A DNA stretch of 64,000 bases, from positions 90,067,301 to 90,131,300 of the forward strand of contig NC_068982.1 of assembly GCF_001194135.2 (NCBI RefSeq). Direction: 5' to 3'. The DNA comes from Octopus bimaculoides (Eukaryota). The notes under the pieces were generated by a model that searched no databases, had not been told where the DNA came from, and worked only from the letters and a program-made list of their open reading frames with translations. The position numbers and the translations under genes are program-made. Shown piece after piece: positions 52,071 through 64,000 of the stretch (the stretch's first letter is position 1; each line of letters opens with the position of its first letter).

Positions 52071-52628
52071 CACAGAAGAAAGGATAAATGATCATTTCAA
52101 ATATGATATTATCAATTTGCTTCCAAGGTATCTATGTATACATCGATATAGATATATGCATATTGCTATCATTACGAACACGTGTATATATATATATATA
52201 TATNNNNNNNNNNNNNNNNNNNNNNNNNNNNNNNNNNNNNNNNNNNNNNNNNNNNNNNNNNNNNNNNNNNNNNNNNNNNNNNNNNNNNNNNNNNNNNNNN
52301 NNNNNNNNNNNNNNNNNNNNNNNNNNNNNNNNNNNNNNNNNNNNNNNNNNNNNNNNNNNNNNNNNNNNNNNNNNNNNNNNNNNNNNNNNNNNNNNNNNNN
52401 NNNNNNNNNNNNNNNNNNNNNNNNNNNNNNNNNNNNNNNNNNNNNNNNNNNNNNNNNNNNNNNNNNNNNNNNNNNNNNNNNNNNNNNNNNNNNNNNNNNN
52501 NNNNNNNNNNNNNNNNNNNNNNNNNNNNNNNNNNNNNNNNNNNNNNNNNNNNNNNNNNNNNNNNNNNNNNNNNNNNNNNNNNNNNNNATATATATATATA
52601 TATATATATAGTTAGATATATATATAGT

Positions 52629-52699
<71 letters not shown>

Positions 52700-52994
52700 G
52701 TATGTATGTATGTATATATGTATGTATAGGGTGTTTGAAGTGGTGTACAGATATTGTATATTAAGAAAAAGGAGGCAGTCAGTATTTTAGATAATTCTTT
52801 ATTACCGCTTTCGTTCGTTTAACCGAATTCTTCAAGTCCTTCGCGTGTGATATTTTGTGCAACTGGTTATGGTACATCATTCGCAGCATATGTCCTTCGT
52901 CAGGTGACTCTTCAAAGGTATCATGCTCATTAAATCCAGTTTCACTTATTTCGATTACCTGTAGCTGATAGCGTACAGAGAAAATCAAGATACA

Positions 52995-53680
52995 TAAGAT
53001 GAAAACTGTTTTATCCGTACCAAGTGGTTACTTAGCAAGGCTGAACCACAAGTATAACATGCTTAGGTTTTTATTCTCACCAGGAGAACTTCGACCAAGA
53101 CCATAAGTTTAACAGGAGCAATTAAAGGTGGTTATTTGCAGATCCCTCTGATGTTCCTTGGATGATAAGTTGTTAGAAACTGTGATGGTTTTAGAAACTT
53201 TGATGGTTTTAGGAATGCTGAATAACAAATATCAAGCCATGCCACCTCACATCTTTCCCCTGAGTCTTAGAATTATTGCTGCTGGATACGTTGAGGTGCT
53301 GGAGAGAGTTATTAAGCCCTGAATGGATGAAGTACACAGTGAAATGCTATATGTGTTTAAACAAGTCTCAGCAGCTTCTCACAAAGCCCACTTAACTCAT
53401 TAGCTTGTCCAAAGGGACACTAATCAATATCGTTCCGATATGAAGCTTCACGAAAGGAATAAGAAACACTTGGAGACGGCCTGTCAGTTATTCCGGTCCT
53501 GCATTGAAGCAGTTATCGCAGTTGAAAGAGGATTTGTGGAATAGTATAAGAAAGCTAATCGAGAAAATGTGAACATTTTTTGTTTTTTTTTGTTTTTTCA
53601 TTAAAATACGTTTGATTTCGTTACATTAGAGTTGTTTTATTTAATTACCAAATATGTTCTCAAATACCTCTCGCACTCTG
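52995..53680 (+). mobile_element. maT (DD37D, Bmmar1-like) transposase fragment with 3' end
   Basis: IRTKWLLSK...ENFDQDHKFNRSN*RWLFADPSDVP...VMVLGML...AMPPHIFP.SLRI.AAGYVEVLERVIKP*MD...YVFKQVSAASHKA...ACQLFRSCIEAVIAVERGFVE*; third-D region deleted. Confidence 0.85.
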
Positions 53681-53717
53681 GGCACACAAATACATACACA
53701 GATACACACATACACAC

Positions 53718-53754
<37 letters not shown>

Positions 53755-53776
53755 TATAGATAGATAGATAGACACA

Positions 53777-53810
<34 letters not shown>

Positions 53811-54449
53811 CACAACTATAGAATTATGGTCCCTTTCCCCTCAGTTTCTTAAAAATATATGATTTGTTAAAGAAATTACAGACACATTTTAGGTGGTACA
53901 GATTACAATTCAGTTGGATAACTGGAATTTTTTTTTCGGAACATCTACCATTCTTCTAACCAAACTTTTTTTAAAAGCGTANNNNNNNNNNNNNNNNNNN
54001 NNNNNNNNNNNNNNNNNNNNNNNNNNNNNNNNNNNNNNNNNNNNNNNNNNNNNNNNNNNNNNNNNNNNNNNNNNNNNNNNNNNNNNNNNNNNNNNNNNNN
54101 NNNNNNNNNNNNNNNNNNNNNNNNNNNNNNNNNNNNNNNNNNNNNNNNNNNNNNNNNNNNNNNNNNNNNNNNNNNNNNNNNNNNNNNNNNNNNNNNNNNN
54201 NNNNNNNNNNNNNNNNNNNNNNNNNNNNNNNNNNNNNNNNNNNNNNNNNNNNNNNNNNNNNNNNNNNNNNNNNNNNNNNNNNNNNNNNNNNNNNNNNNNN
54301 NNNNNNNNNNNNNNNNNNNNNNNNNNNNNNNNNNNNNNNNNNNNNNNNNNNNNNNNNNNNNNNNNNNNNNNNNNNNNNNNNNNNNNNNNNNNNNNNNNNN
54401 NNNNNNNNNNNNNNNNNNNNNNNNNTATATATATTTATTATAGCATTCT

Positions 54450-57400
54450 ATACATCAATGCGAAGAAAACGTTTGGTAAACCTGCAAAAGAGGATAATCT
54501 GAAGGAATTAAAGGAGATTTGTTCAAGCTTTGTGATAAGTGACGTCCTTTTTTACGAGAAGTCTCCAAGGATGGGAAATTAATTAACACAGCATATGAAT
54601 GAGGTTAGTAGAACAATTATATAGAATATTAAATTCAATATTTTCAAATACACTTGGGCACAAAATGGAATAAACGAAATACAGATGAAAATATTGCAAC
54701 ATCAGCATATTTAATTAAAAGCTGAACTGGCCTCTAATGGATTAAAGATTTTTACCATATGCTAATCCATACTTTAGAGTATGCGTAAAACCAACAATAA
54801 TGCAGTAAATATATGGTCAAAAACACCATTAACTCTTGCACGACAATTACAAATAAATGTCAATTCCCGAAGAACCTGAATAATAAAGACAACTAAGAGA
54901 AAATGTGAGGTAAAATGGAAATGGAAATAGAATTAAGAGCATCAAACAACGAACGAAATGTTAAAGCGCCTGACAACGAAATGCATATTAAATCTTGTAA
55001 AACGTTTGTTGGATTAGTTGTAGACAATGTTTCAAAGGCTTGAGAGGAGTAACACAAAGGGAAGAACTGTGGTTCCTTTAACAGTTGAAAACAACACTGG
55101 ATCCATGAATATGAAGTCGAATTAAAAGATAAAGCGAACTCCGAAGGAAACTAATTTCATGAAAGTTTACACAGGAGTGTCTAAACAGCCCCTAAGAAAA
55201 TTAGATATTGATCCTTCGAATCAAATCGAAAACAGAACACCAGATTTTGAATTAAATGGCTTACAAATTTAAACGGGAACATCTCCCAAATTAGAAATGA
55301 ATCAACAAGTTTAAATGATTTGCAAGTTAGAAAAAACCAAGTTTTTTTTTGTGTTTTCGAAAAGTAACGAAAGAACTAACTTTGAACCTCGTCCAAGGAG
55401 GATGGAACGCAATTGGTTATCGCTCTTCAAACCATACTAATGGAGCGAGAAATATTCATAATTCAGACTAAATTATTATAAACATATTTTAGATAGACCC
55501 AGAGGAATACATACACCTAGTTGAACGAAACGAAGAAATAATATCAAAAGTAATAAAAGTAATAAATTTATCAAAGAAAACATTAACTACATAACAAGTC
55601 GATACCTTAGCAAAAGGGTACAAATCTTTCTAAATCCTAGGAAATCTAATGAAATTAAAGAGTGTATTTCACAATTCTGTAAAAAAGCGCGGCTCACATA
55701 AGAATTGTTTCACTAAAATATCAATCATAAATTGCTTGTTAGAAACAGAAGTAAGTATTCTTTTCCAGCAGGTTGTAATAAAACTCCTGATTATATTGAC
55801 TGAATTTTAAGTATTCCATACAATAATAGACATAAACAAAGAATTAAGTCAAACCTCAATACTACAGAATGGGAAACCATAATTGAACAGAAAAATGATA
55901 ACGGTGCGACAATTAAAGAAGCCAATAAATGAAGTGTTGTTATAGAGATTGATAGTATGTACTATAAAGGTTGTTTATCAGCGTTAGAAGACAATATATA
56001 TTTTACGAAAAGGTGAAAAGGTGCAATCAACAGAATATAATAAACTTTTTTGCAATCGTGTTACACTTCCACGTAACCGAATTAACTGATAAAAATGAAA
56101 TTATATCACTAGCTCTAAATGTATATCTAGTTTTTTTTATCGATGCCTTATCAAAAATTCACGAGAGCAACATTATAAATGAAGCCCGCAAAGAATCGAG
56201 AAGTATTTGGATTAATATTTTATCACGAACTAATTTGAAATTAAGAGCAATGACCAAATATGAGAAATTCATCGGGAAGTAACTTTTTACATATCTTATT
56301 GAAACCATTTCTTAGACTCATTATGTTTTTTGTTTTTTAATACGTCTTAGATATATTGAGACACCTTCCGGAAACAGCACGCGTTGCATCTTTTAATGTA
56401 AGGAACTAACATATAAACAAGGTGCACGAATATTGAACAGAAGGTATACAAATTGTATGCAGATCTTTTTTTTCGGCTGAATGATTAGATATTACTGAGA
56501 AAATTTATTGAAGGATTGAAATTTGTTCAATAAAATTACTATTTTTTTTTCTTTTGGTATTAATATTACATCAAACATTTGGAATCGCAACCTGAACCAA
56601 CGTAGCCCCGAGTTACCCAATTTTATTATCGGATATTTAGAAATTACAATGAATTAAGAATCGCTACAGAATATGGTAGTTCTTTCGATCAATATATGAA
56701 AGACAACAGGAAAGCTTTCTATGCGATTGCTTTGTTATTGAAATGAAATAATATAGAAATTAAAGGAATTTAAAATGTCATTGCATCAATGGTGTAGAGG
56801 GATGGGTGTAGTGTGCAGACCACTTATGATGGCTACGTTATAAATATGTTTCAGGAAGGGGCTTCCAATTTGGCTAGCTTCGACTATAATGGAATACTGT
56901 CAAGAGAAATACCATCTTTATAATTTGTAATAATGAAAGTCAATAACGAACTGACACTGATTCAGAACAATATATACTCTTTGCATACATTACTATACAT
57001 ATCTCATTAAATTTACCACAAATATGCATATTTATGTTCTATACCAAACAGTACTCCTGATATACAACTCCAAGAAACTAAGGATATATTCATTAAGAGT
57101 ATTATATGCTATTCTTTATGGATAATGTGATAAAGTAAGCCAAGGCAATTGATGTTTATACACGAAGACAAACTGAACAGCATAACATAGTTGGATTGAT
57201 AATATGAGCATATATTTCTATACTAATGTTAGAAACAGCGAAATTTATATTTTTCAAAATTTACTAATAATGAATAAGGAAGAAAGATGTTAATTGTATC
57301 GATGAAAACCATTGCGAAAATTAAAAGTCAATCAAAATCATTCAATAGACTACTAGTAAATGACAGATTATGTTCAACGGCAACGGAACCACCAGCTAAA

Positions 57401-57860
57401 ATATTCGAGGGACCTCACCCTGTTGTCCAAAGGATGAAAATTCCATTGCGAATGAGATTATACTTCAAAGTAAAGAATAAATTTACTTACGCTTCCAGAA
57501 TTCTAATTTACATAATATTATATTCATAATGTGGAGAAAATTATATTGGACAAGCGGGAAAGATTCTTAGGAAACGAATGACGATACAAGATGGGTGCAT
57601 GTACGATTTCCTTGTTGCAAATATTTCTTACTGTACATACAAATCCGTTGTTGATTTGTATGTTCACTGATCAAATTTGGGACCAAATATACGGATCATT
57701 TGATAAAAGATGAATCAATAAGGAGATTGCATTTACTGGAAAATATCAGCCGTGTTCAATTATGTATGATTTATCAAAATTGACACTTTATTGTTATTAA
57801 CTATAATAACAATAGCACTGATAATAGTATCTAAGCAACGTTAAATATTACATTTAGCAC
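54450..57860 (+). mobile_element. Decayed Penelope-like element (RT + GIY-YIG endonuclease)
   Basis: IKEANK*SVVIEID (~55915; KADKG motif), LPETARVASFNV (~56360), FGIAT*TNVAPSY (~56580; GTAMG...APTYA), FLCDCFVI (~56715; LDD), LIYIILYS*CGENYIGQAGKILRKRMT (~57500-57585); 5' boundary uncertain. Confidence 0.85.
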
Positions 57861-58357
57861 CTCAGTTGGCGCTATGACATGCATGTATAAAATCCTAACA
57901 ACGTTGTTAATTACAGAATCAAAATTATACGTACATACATACAAACGTTACAGCAGAGAATTTTATGAAGGATACGTAAACACATCACTTTTATCAGTTT
58001 CATGAGAATGATTTTGGTGCATTTTCGTATTACACATGTATAAATTCCATCCTAGAATTATTGTTGATATATTTATCCTACATTACATCGATATAACCAA
58101 GATGCAACCCCGAAAAACTCACACACAAGTAAATATCGTTAGACGGTAAGCGAGCGGCATAATGAAATACGAGTTTTATTTGCATACCCTTAACGTTATC
58201 ATAAACGAATTTAAAAGATATATATATATATATATATATANNNNNNNNNNNNNNNNNNNNNNNNNNNNNNNNNNNNNNNNNNNNNNNNNNNNNNNNNNNN
58301 NNNNNNNNNNNNNNNNNNNNNNNNNNNNNNNNNNNNNNNNNNNNNNNNNNNNGGTAA

Positions 58358-58438
<81 letters not shown>

Positions 58439-59507
58439 TAGAGAGATATGCATACATATATATGCACCACCACCAACACACACACAAACTACTAGATATA
58501 GCTCATTGGTCGTAAATTGAGTCCGGTACACGGCAGCTTTACACAGACGAAATTGTATCATGTTGAGACATTATGGGAATGGAGGATCAATGGTTGCCGT
58601 AAAAGAGAGGCACTGAGGGGATTAAAAGTTGAAGTTTTATTCAGTTTATTTTTTCTTATTTATTGCACCAGATATCCATGTATTGTTTTACTTATTTAAA
58701 TTTTTTTCCGAAAATTCCTTGTGGGCAATGCTAAGTTTGTGATTTATGTTGAAATGGTTCTGGTGTTTTTGTTGTTTTGTTTTCGCTCTTTGTTTTGGCC
58801 GTAAATTACCAAAAATAGCATTCTGGGAGGTGTATATTCAGTGAGATGCAAGTACAATTTATCAAACTCCTTTTCTTCGTTCTCACCTGAAGAGACGAAA
58901 TTTAGCGGCTTTGTAGAAATAATGATGATGATGATGATGACACTTTATTTTATATAATACTTTAGCAATGCTCCTCTTAGTGAAATGACTTTGAAGCAAT
59001 TGTAGCGCTATGCATTAAAGCGTGTGTTTCAATACCTTTTGTATTCTCACACACGCACACAGAGATATATGTATATGTATATTGCAACATGCATTTTCTT
59101 GCTTGTTTTTGAAGATATCTTATCGAAAGAAACAGTGAACGAGAACTCCGGTAACTTTACACCGGACTGAAATACGTTTGATGAGTGCACGGAATTGTCA
59201 TTTCAGAAAAGAGCAAAATTTAATTTTGATCAATAGTTATAAATATTGAGCAGCGCACATCAAGATGAAAGAAGAAAAATAAACACTATCTCTTAAAGTT
59301 GCTCAATAAAGGAGATAAATGTATGGCTTTTCATATTTGAATAACTTTATACTTTTAAAATATTAAGGCTCCAGGTTCAGTAAATAAGAATGAAAGTGTA
59401 TTTTTTTAAACTTTGAATATATCTCAAATATATTATAAACATTTCGAGTCCAATTCTTGGCACATTTTAGATGTTTAACTATATTTAAGCTAAAACAAGG
59501 AAAGAGC

Positions 59508-59557
<50 letters not shown>

Positions 59558-60398
59558 TATTCATCTTTCATCGATTTGAAACCATATTCTTTGACTTTGA
59601 AAGATAAGGTTTTAAACACGAAATATAAATCTACAAAAAGCTCTAGCTCAATATTTATGGTACTACCTCGTTTCATTATTTCAAAACAGTAACTGAATGT
59701 TTTTGTGTAACATAACGCAAGTTTTGCCAAGCGAGACAGCTTTTAGGAGTTGATGCAAATAAGAAAGGTATATTAGGAAAGACTGAAATGATGGATTATT
59801 CAACGCTGATGAGGAACGTCTTTGCCAGGACGGACTTTCTATGCTAGTTCATTCAAGTTATAGCGACTTCAGCTTACTAAGCAGGAAAGCAAGAGAGCAA
59901 GTCTTCTTATCAACTACCACAACAGGATTTAAAAAGTCCCTCACCTAGTGTTTATTTCTGCCATGTACCACTAGGCACTTACCCTCGTAGTTCAAGGATC
60001 TTGAAAACTGGAACACCAGCTCTTCTTTTATCTGTAGCTGTACCTGTCTGACAGATGAATCATTCGGCTCTCAATTCTGACATTTAACAACTGGAACATT
60101 ATATCCACCAAAAGGAATTAGTTTTGGTTCCAAGAAAATGCTTTCAAAAGTTTTATACTGGGCAAGATATCAACAGCTTTAAGGTCAATTATTGATTCTG
60201 AAAGTTTGTATACATACATGAATACACGTATACGACAGTTCTTTGTAAAGTTCCTTTCCAACAGCTTCCTTCACAAGATATTGGTCGAGCAAGGAAGTAA
60301 AATAGAAGATACCAGCGCGCACACACACACACACACATATATATTTACTTGTTTCAGTCATTTAACTGCAGCCATATATATATATATATATATATATA

Positions 60399-60560
60399 TA
60401 CGCGAGGTAATTTCAAAACGTTCGAGGTCTAGTTCTCTAGCACGCTAATAGATGGCATCACACGCTTGCGTGTGAAGTGAGAGCTAGCTTTGACCTCCAT
60501 GAGGCAGTGTGCCGTGTGTGACATCGCTGTGTTTACTTCGCAACTTGTGAAATTTGTTTT
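60399..60560 (+). mobile_element. Probable mariner-type 5' terminus without a transposase
   Basis: ta-cgcgaggtaatttcaaaacgttcgagg...tagatggcatcacac resembles TACGAGGG..TTCAAAAAGT-type termini. Confidence 0.45.
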
Positions 60561-62279
60561 TTTTTTATCTCGTGTATGCGTTGTGTGCATCTGTATATTT
60601 GCCTCCAGTGCCAAAACGTATTGTTAGCAGAAGATGCTGTATATCCATTCAGCTATGCCAAATCAACAGCGTCCAAACAATCCCAGCCCAGTCGTATTAT
60701 TCGATTGTCATCACAACCTCTATTTCCAGTTGTAACGAAACGTTTAAGCAGTAATATGAATAAAGCAATGGTTCGATTGAGCCTGCTGAGCGCAGTATTG
60801 ATTGCAGTGAAACTATGTACTGATTCTAATGATACAAATGTCTATTAGAACCAGCACGTAATTCCAATGTTAGTTGTAAACCAACATCAAATATGCGTGT
60901 ATTGGTTATAATGATAAGTTAGACATAAATATAATGAAACAGATTAGTGTTACGTTTTATGAGACGGCTTATGGATTTTATTGAAATCATTCTGTGATGA
61001 TTGTTATAATTCAGTTCAATGATGGCTATAATGACAGTTTAGAGGTGGTTGAATTAACGCAACTCAGTGTTGCTTATAATGAAGCAGCAGACAGGTAGTT
61101 TTAAGGATATATTAGTGACGGTTATCACTCAGTCTTGATTATTATGAAACATATTTGCAAAAGCGGCATAATTATTTATAACAGCTGAATTGCTGAATTA
61201 AAATATATATATATTATTTTTCTGATTTCGAACTTGTACGTGAAAATTTCCAAAATATTACTTGGATCTAAATCATTATATATCCGTGTTTGTGTGTGTG
61301 TGTGTGTGCTTGTTTGTTTGTGTGTATGTATGTATGCATGTATGTATGTATGTATGTATGTATGTATGTTTCATTCAGCTACTACCGTAGTTGAATAGTA
61401 TTCTTAAGGCCACAATTTACACGCAGCATCATTCAGAGTTTGTCGTTAATTCAGTTTTTAAGGAAATTGAAAACTGTTAACATTATTGAAGAGGACTTGT
61501 CCCTAGATACATTTTGGCATAAAAAAATTGAGATTTGGTCCAGTAGAAAAAAGTTAACATCAAAGATTGTAGCAACGTTACAGGTGAGTAAGTAACGCCT
61601 CCAATCAAGTTTAGATCTGAATAACTTTTTTATTTTAAAAGTAAAATTTATTTATCGTATCTTCAAAGATAGAAGAAAGCATGAAGAATTTCATAGTTTT
61701 GGCTCTGTGCAACAAATAATTGTATTTTCATGAAAACAATATAAGTAAGGCAACAACTTGAATTTAAGTATAATTACCTTTTTTTTAATTTTAGAAACGA
61801 ACTATATTTTAATCAAGCTTAAATGATAGAGTTCAATTCGAGGAACTTCGTGGTATCAATAACATGCAATGAAGTTTTAAATGAAAAAAAGTTATGAGTG
61901 TTTGTTTCTCAATATTGAGGGTAATAATATAGTTCTATACTTTTTTATGAATATAGTTCTATAAGGGGACTTTTAGCATATGTCACCGGCATCATTGAGA
62001 TAAGAAAAAAATTATCAATCACACCGCTAACTTGGAATTAGTTTAATTACGTCAGCTTAAATGACAGACAAATTTCAGTAAAGTAAAATCTTAAATTAAT
62101 TGACACATTATTAATTATCAAAATAACATGACCTGGAAAAAACAAGGATTACATGAAAAAATGCGAGCAAGAAAAATAATATTCTTAAGATTATAAACCT
62201 GGAAATGTACAGGACAAGTTATTACACGTGGAAAAGTTAAGGACATGTTATTAGATCTGGTAAAGTACAGAACAGGAAA

Positions 62280-62880
62280 ATTTTATTTCTGCATCGTATT
62301 GTTACGTGTGATGAAAAATGGATTCTTTTCAACAATAGTAAGCGTTCTACACGGTGGTTGCATAGAGACAAAGTACCAAAACACAATCCAAAGAAGAACA
62401 TTCACCAAAAAAAGCTAATGATGTCTCTTTGGTGGTCCAGCGTTGGTATCATCCACTGCAGCTTTATGGGACCTGGTAGGTCTATTACAGCAGATGCACA
62501 CATCAACCAACTGGATGAAATGATGAGTGAACTTGCAATTAAACAAACAAGATTGGTCAATAGAAACATCCAATTCTCTTGCAAGACAATACTCGACCAT
62601 ATGTTGCACAAAGAAAGTTGCTCAAGTTACAGGAACTGAACTTGGAAGTACTCTGTTGTCCACCATATTCACCAGACCTTGCCCCAGTGACTATCACGCT
62701 TTCCAGGCATTAGGCAATTTTTTACAAAGAAACACAATTCAAATTTGAAGAAGATCAAAGCAGTCTTTCGTGATTTCATCACCTCTTGCTTTCCAGAATT
62801 CTTCGCTGCTGGCATAAAGAAGTTACCGATAAAATGACAAAATTGTGTTGATAATTTGGGTGCATACTTTGATGAACAGC
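62280..62880 (+). mobile_element. Mariner (D,D34D) transposase catalytic fragment
   Basis: FLHRIVTCDEKWILFNN...KKLMMSLWWSSVGIIH...LQDNTRPYVA...PPYSPDLAP.DYH. Confidence 0.9.
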
Positions 62881-62944
62881 ATTGTTTTTTGTTGAGATAT
62901 AGTAAAATACATTTTCCGTTCAAAATCGAACACTTTATTCTTAG

Positions 62945-63750
62945 TCATGCACAGCAGCCATTGAAACGAAGGACTTGTATGCTGTAACATTGTTCTGATG
63001 AAACTAGAGACCTTCTCCAAGGCGTTTGGTCTTGATAGCCTTTCGTAACTGTCACAGCAAGTTGGCATTGTATTTTCCGTTGATGTTGTGGCTTTTTTGA
63101 GGAAAGTCAATAAACACAATGCCTTCTGCATCTCATGAAACTCCCTGCAGATGAAACGACTTTGGTCTCTTTATTTTGATCAGATGAAGCGGGAGTGTTT
63201 ACGCTCCATGGATTATCTCTTAGACTAAGGCTCAAAGTGATGAAGCCAACACTAATCCTGGTTTAGAACAAGTACAATAAAACCAGCTGGAACTGCCCGA
63301 AAATATTTCAAATTTTCCTGTGATGTGATCAGCCTGATACGCTTTTGATTGGATGTCCGAAGACGTGGCAAGTTCATACCAAGTTCATTGTACTAAATAT
63401 TCTCGTATCTCTCACGTGATATGCTAATAACACTGACTATTTGATTTATAGTTAATCACTTGTCTTTATCATCATGTTGCGAACACGATCAACGTTCTCC
63501 TCGGTGGTGAAACGGCAGGACGTTCAGACTTTGGGTTATCTTCAATATTCTCCATCCCCCTCCTAAATTCAGCTGTTCCCTTTCCACTAGTGATAAAGAC
63601 GAGGCGTCATCCCCTAATGTAGCAATCATGTTAGCATGGACGCCGTTGGGGGCTAAACTCTTTTTCTGCAGGCCCTTGATAGCACGACGATACAAAATTT
63701 TGCGATTTACAACAGAAATTGCTACTAGTTACTTTTAGAGTCTCTTTTGG
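62945..63750 (-). mobile_element. Second mariner family, N-terminal and mid fragments with internal disruption
   Basis: RRAIKGLQKKSLAPNGVHANMIATLGDDA (HTH) and KVVSSAG..DAEGIVFIDF...INGKYNANLL*QLRKAIKTKR...FHQNN. Confidence 0.85.
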
Positions 63751-64000
63751 ACAGTCACATGCCAGTTCACCTATAATGAAATAATGCTGTTAGTAATACA
63801 AAAAAGTTGAAATTTATGCAGCCAGCCAAGGAACTTTGCATCCCAACCTCATGCATATATATATAGCACCTCATATATATATATATATGAGGTGCTATTT
63901 GCTTCATCCATTGAAATACAGCCTTTCTGGGGCACCGCCTTGAAGGGTTTTATCGAAAAAATTGGCCCCAATACTTATGTTTTTTTTTAAGCCTGGTACT

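Noticed and set aside
52779-52988. 69-aa minus ORF as a terminal host exon
   Set aside because: GHMLRMMYHNQLHKI resembles the GH..RM...RL.K motif of RTE/L2 C-termini, and it abuts a maT fragment; a TE relic is at least as likely.
58885-58905. CTGAAGA-GAC-GAAA hammerhead-like core (similar partial hits at 32880-32925 minus, 40688-40715, 50364-50395, 59805-59820)
   Set aside because: Stems II, III or I cannot form or the core has several mismatches; compatible with chance.
60576-60848. 90-aa ORF ending in a signal-peptide-like stretch
   Set aside because: The hydrophobic segment is followed by a stop within ~10 codons, with no splice or homology support.

Overview
AT-rich, repeat-dense animal genomic DNA with many N-gaps, most flanked by (TA)n. 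The SINE, RTE and mariner families look like those of a coleoid cephalopod, most likely Octopus (recognised from memory, not by database search). No intact host gene can be supported; only a few weak candidate exons. The window is mostly decayed mobile DNA: a cluster of R4/Dong-type retroelement fragments and two copies of a ~555-bp element in (TAA)n tracts (6.4-10.2 kb); a ~1.17-kb imperfect foldback; a Chapaev-like transposase relic; a near full-length mariner with TIRs and TA TSD; a Merlin-like MITE with an 8-bp TSD and a telomere-like (CCCTAA)n core; hAT/Buster, maT (DD37D) and further mariner fragments; RTE and CR1/Jockey relics; a ~3.4-kb Penelope-like element; many tRNA-headed SINEs and microsatellites. 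The most notable unexplained signal is a set of hammerhead-ribozyme-like motifs. The best one lies inside a 98-bp near-perfect inverted repeat at 46051-46257. There is also an HDV-like ribozyme candidate in an RTE 5'UTR. Most ORFs in the supplied track are microsatellite or N-gap artefacts.
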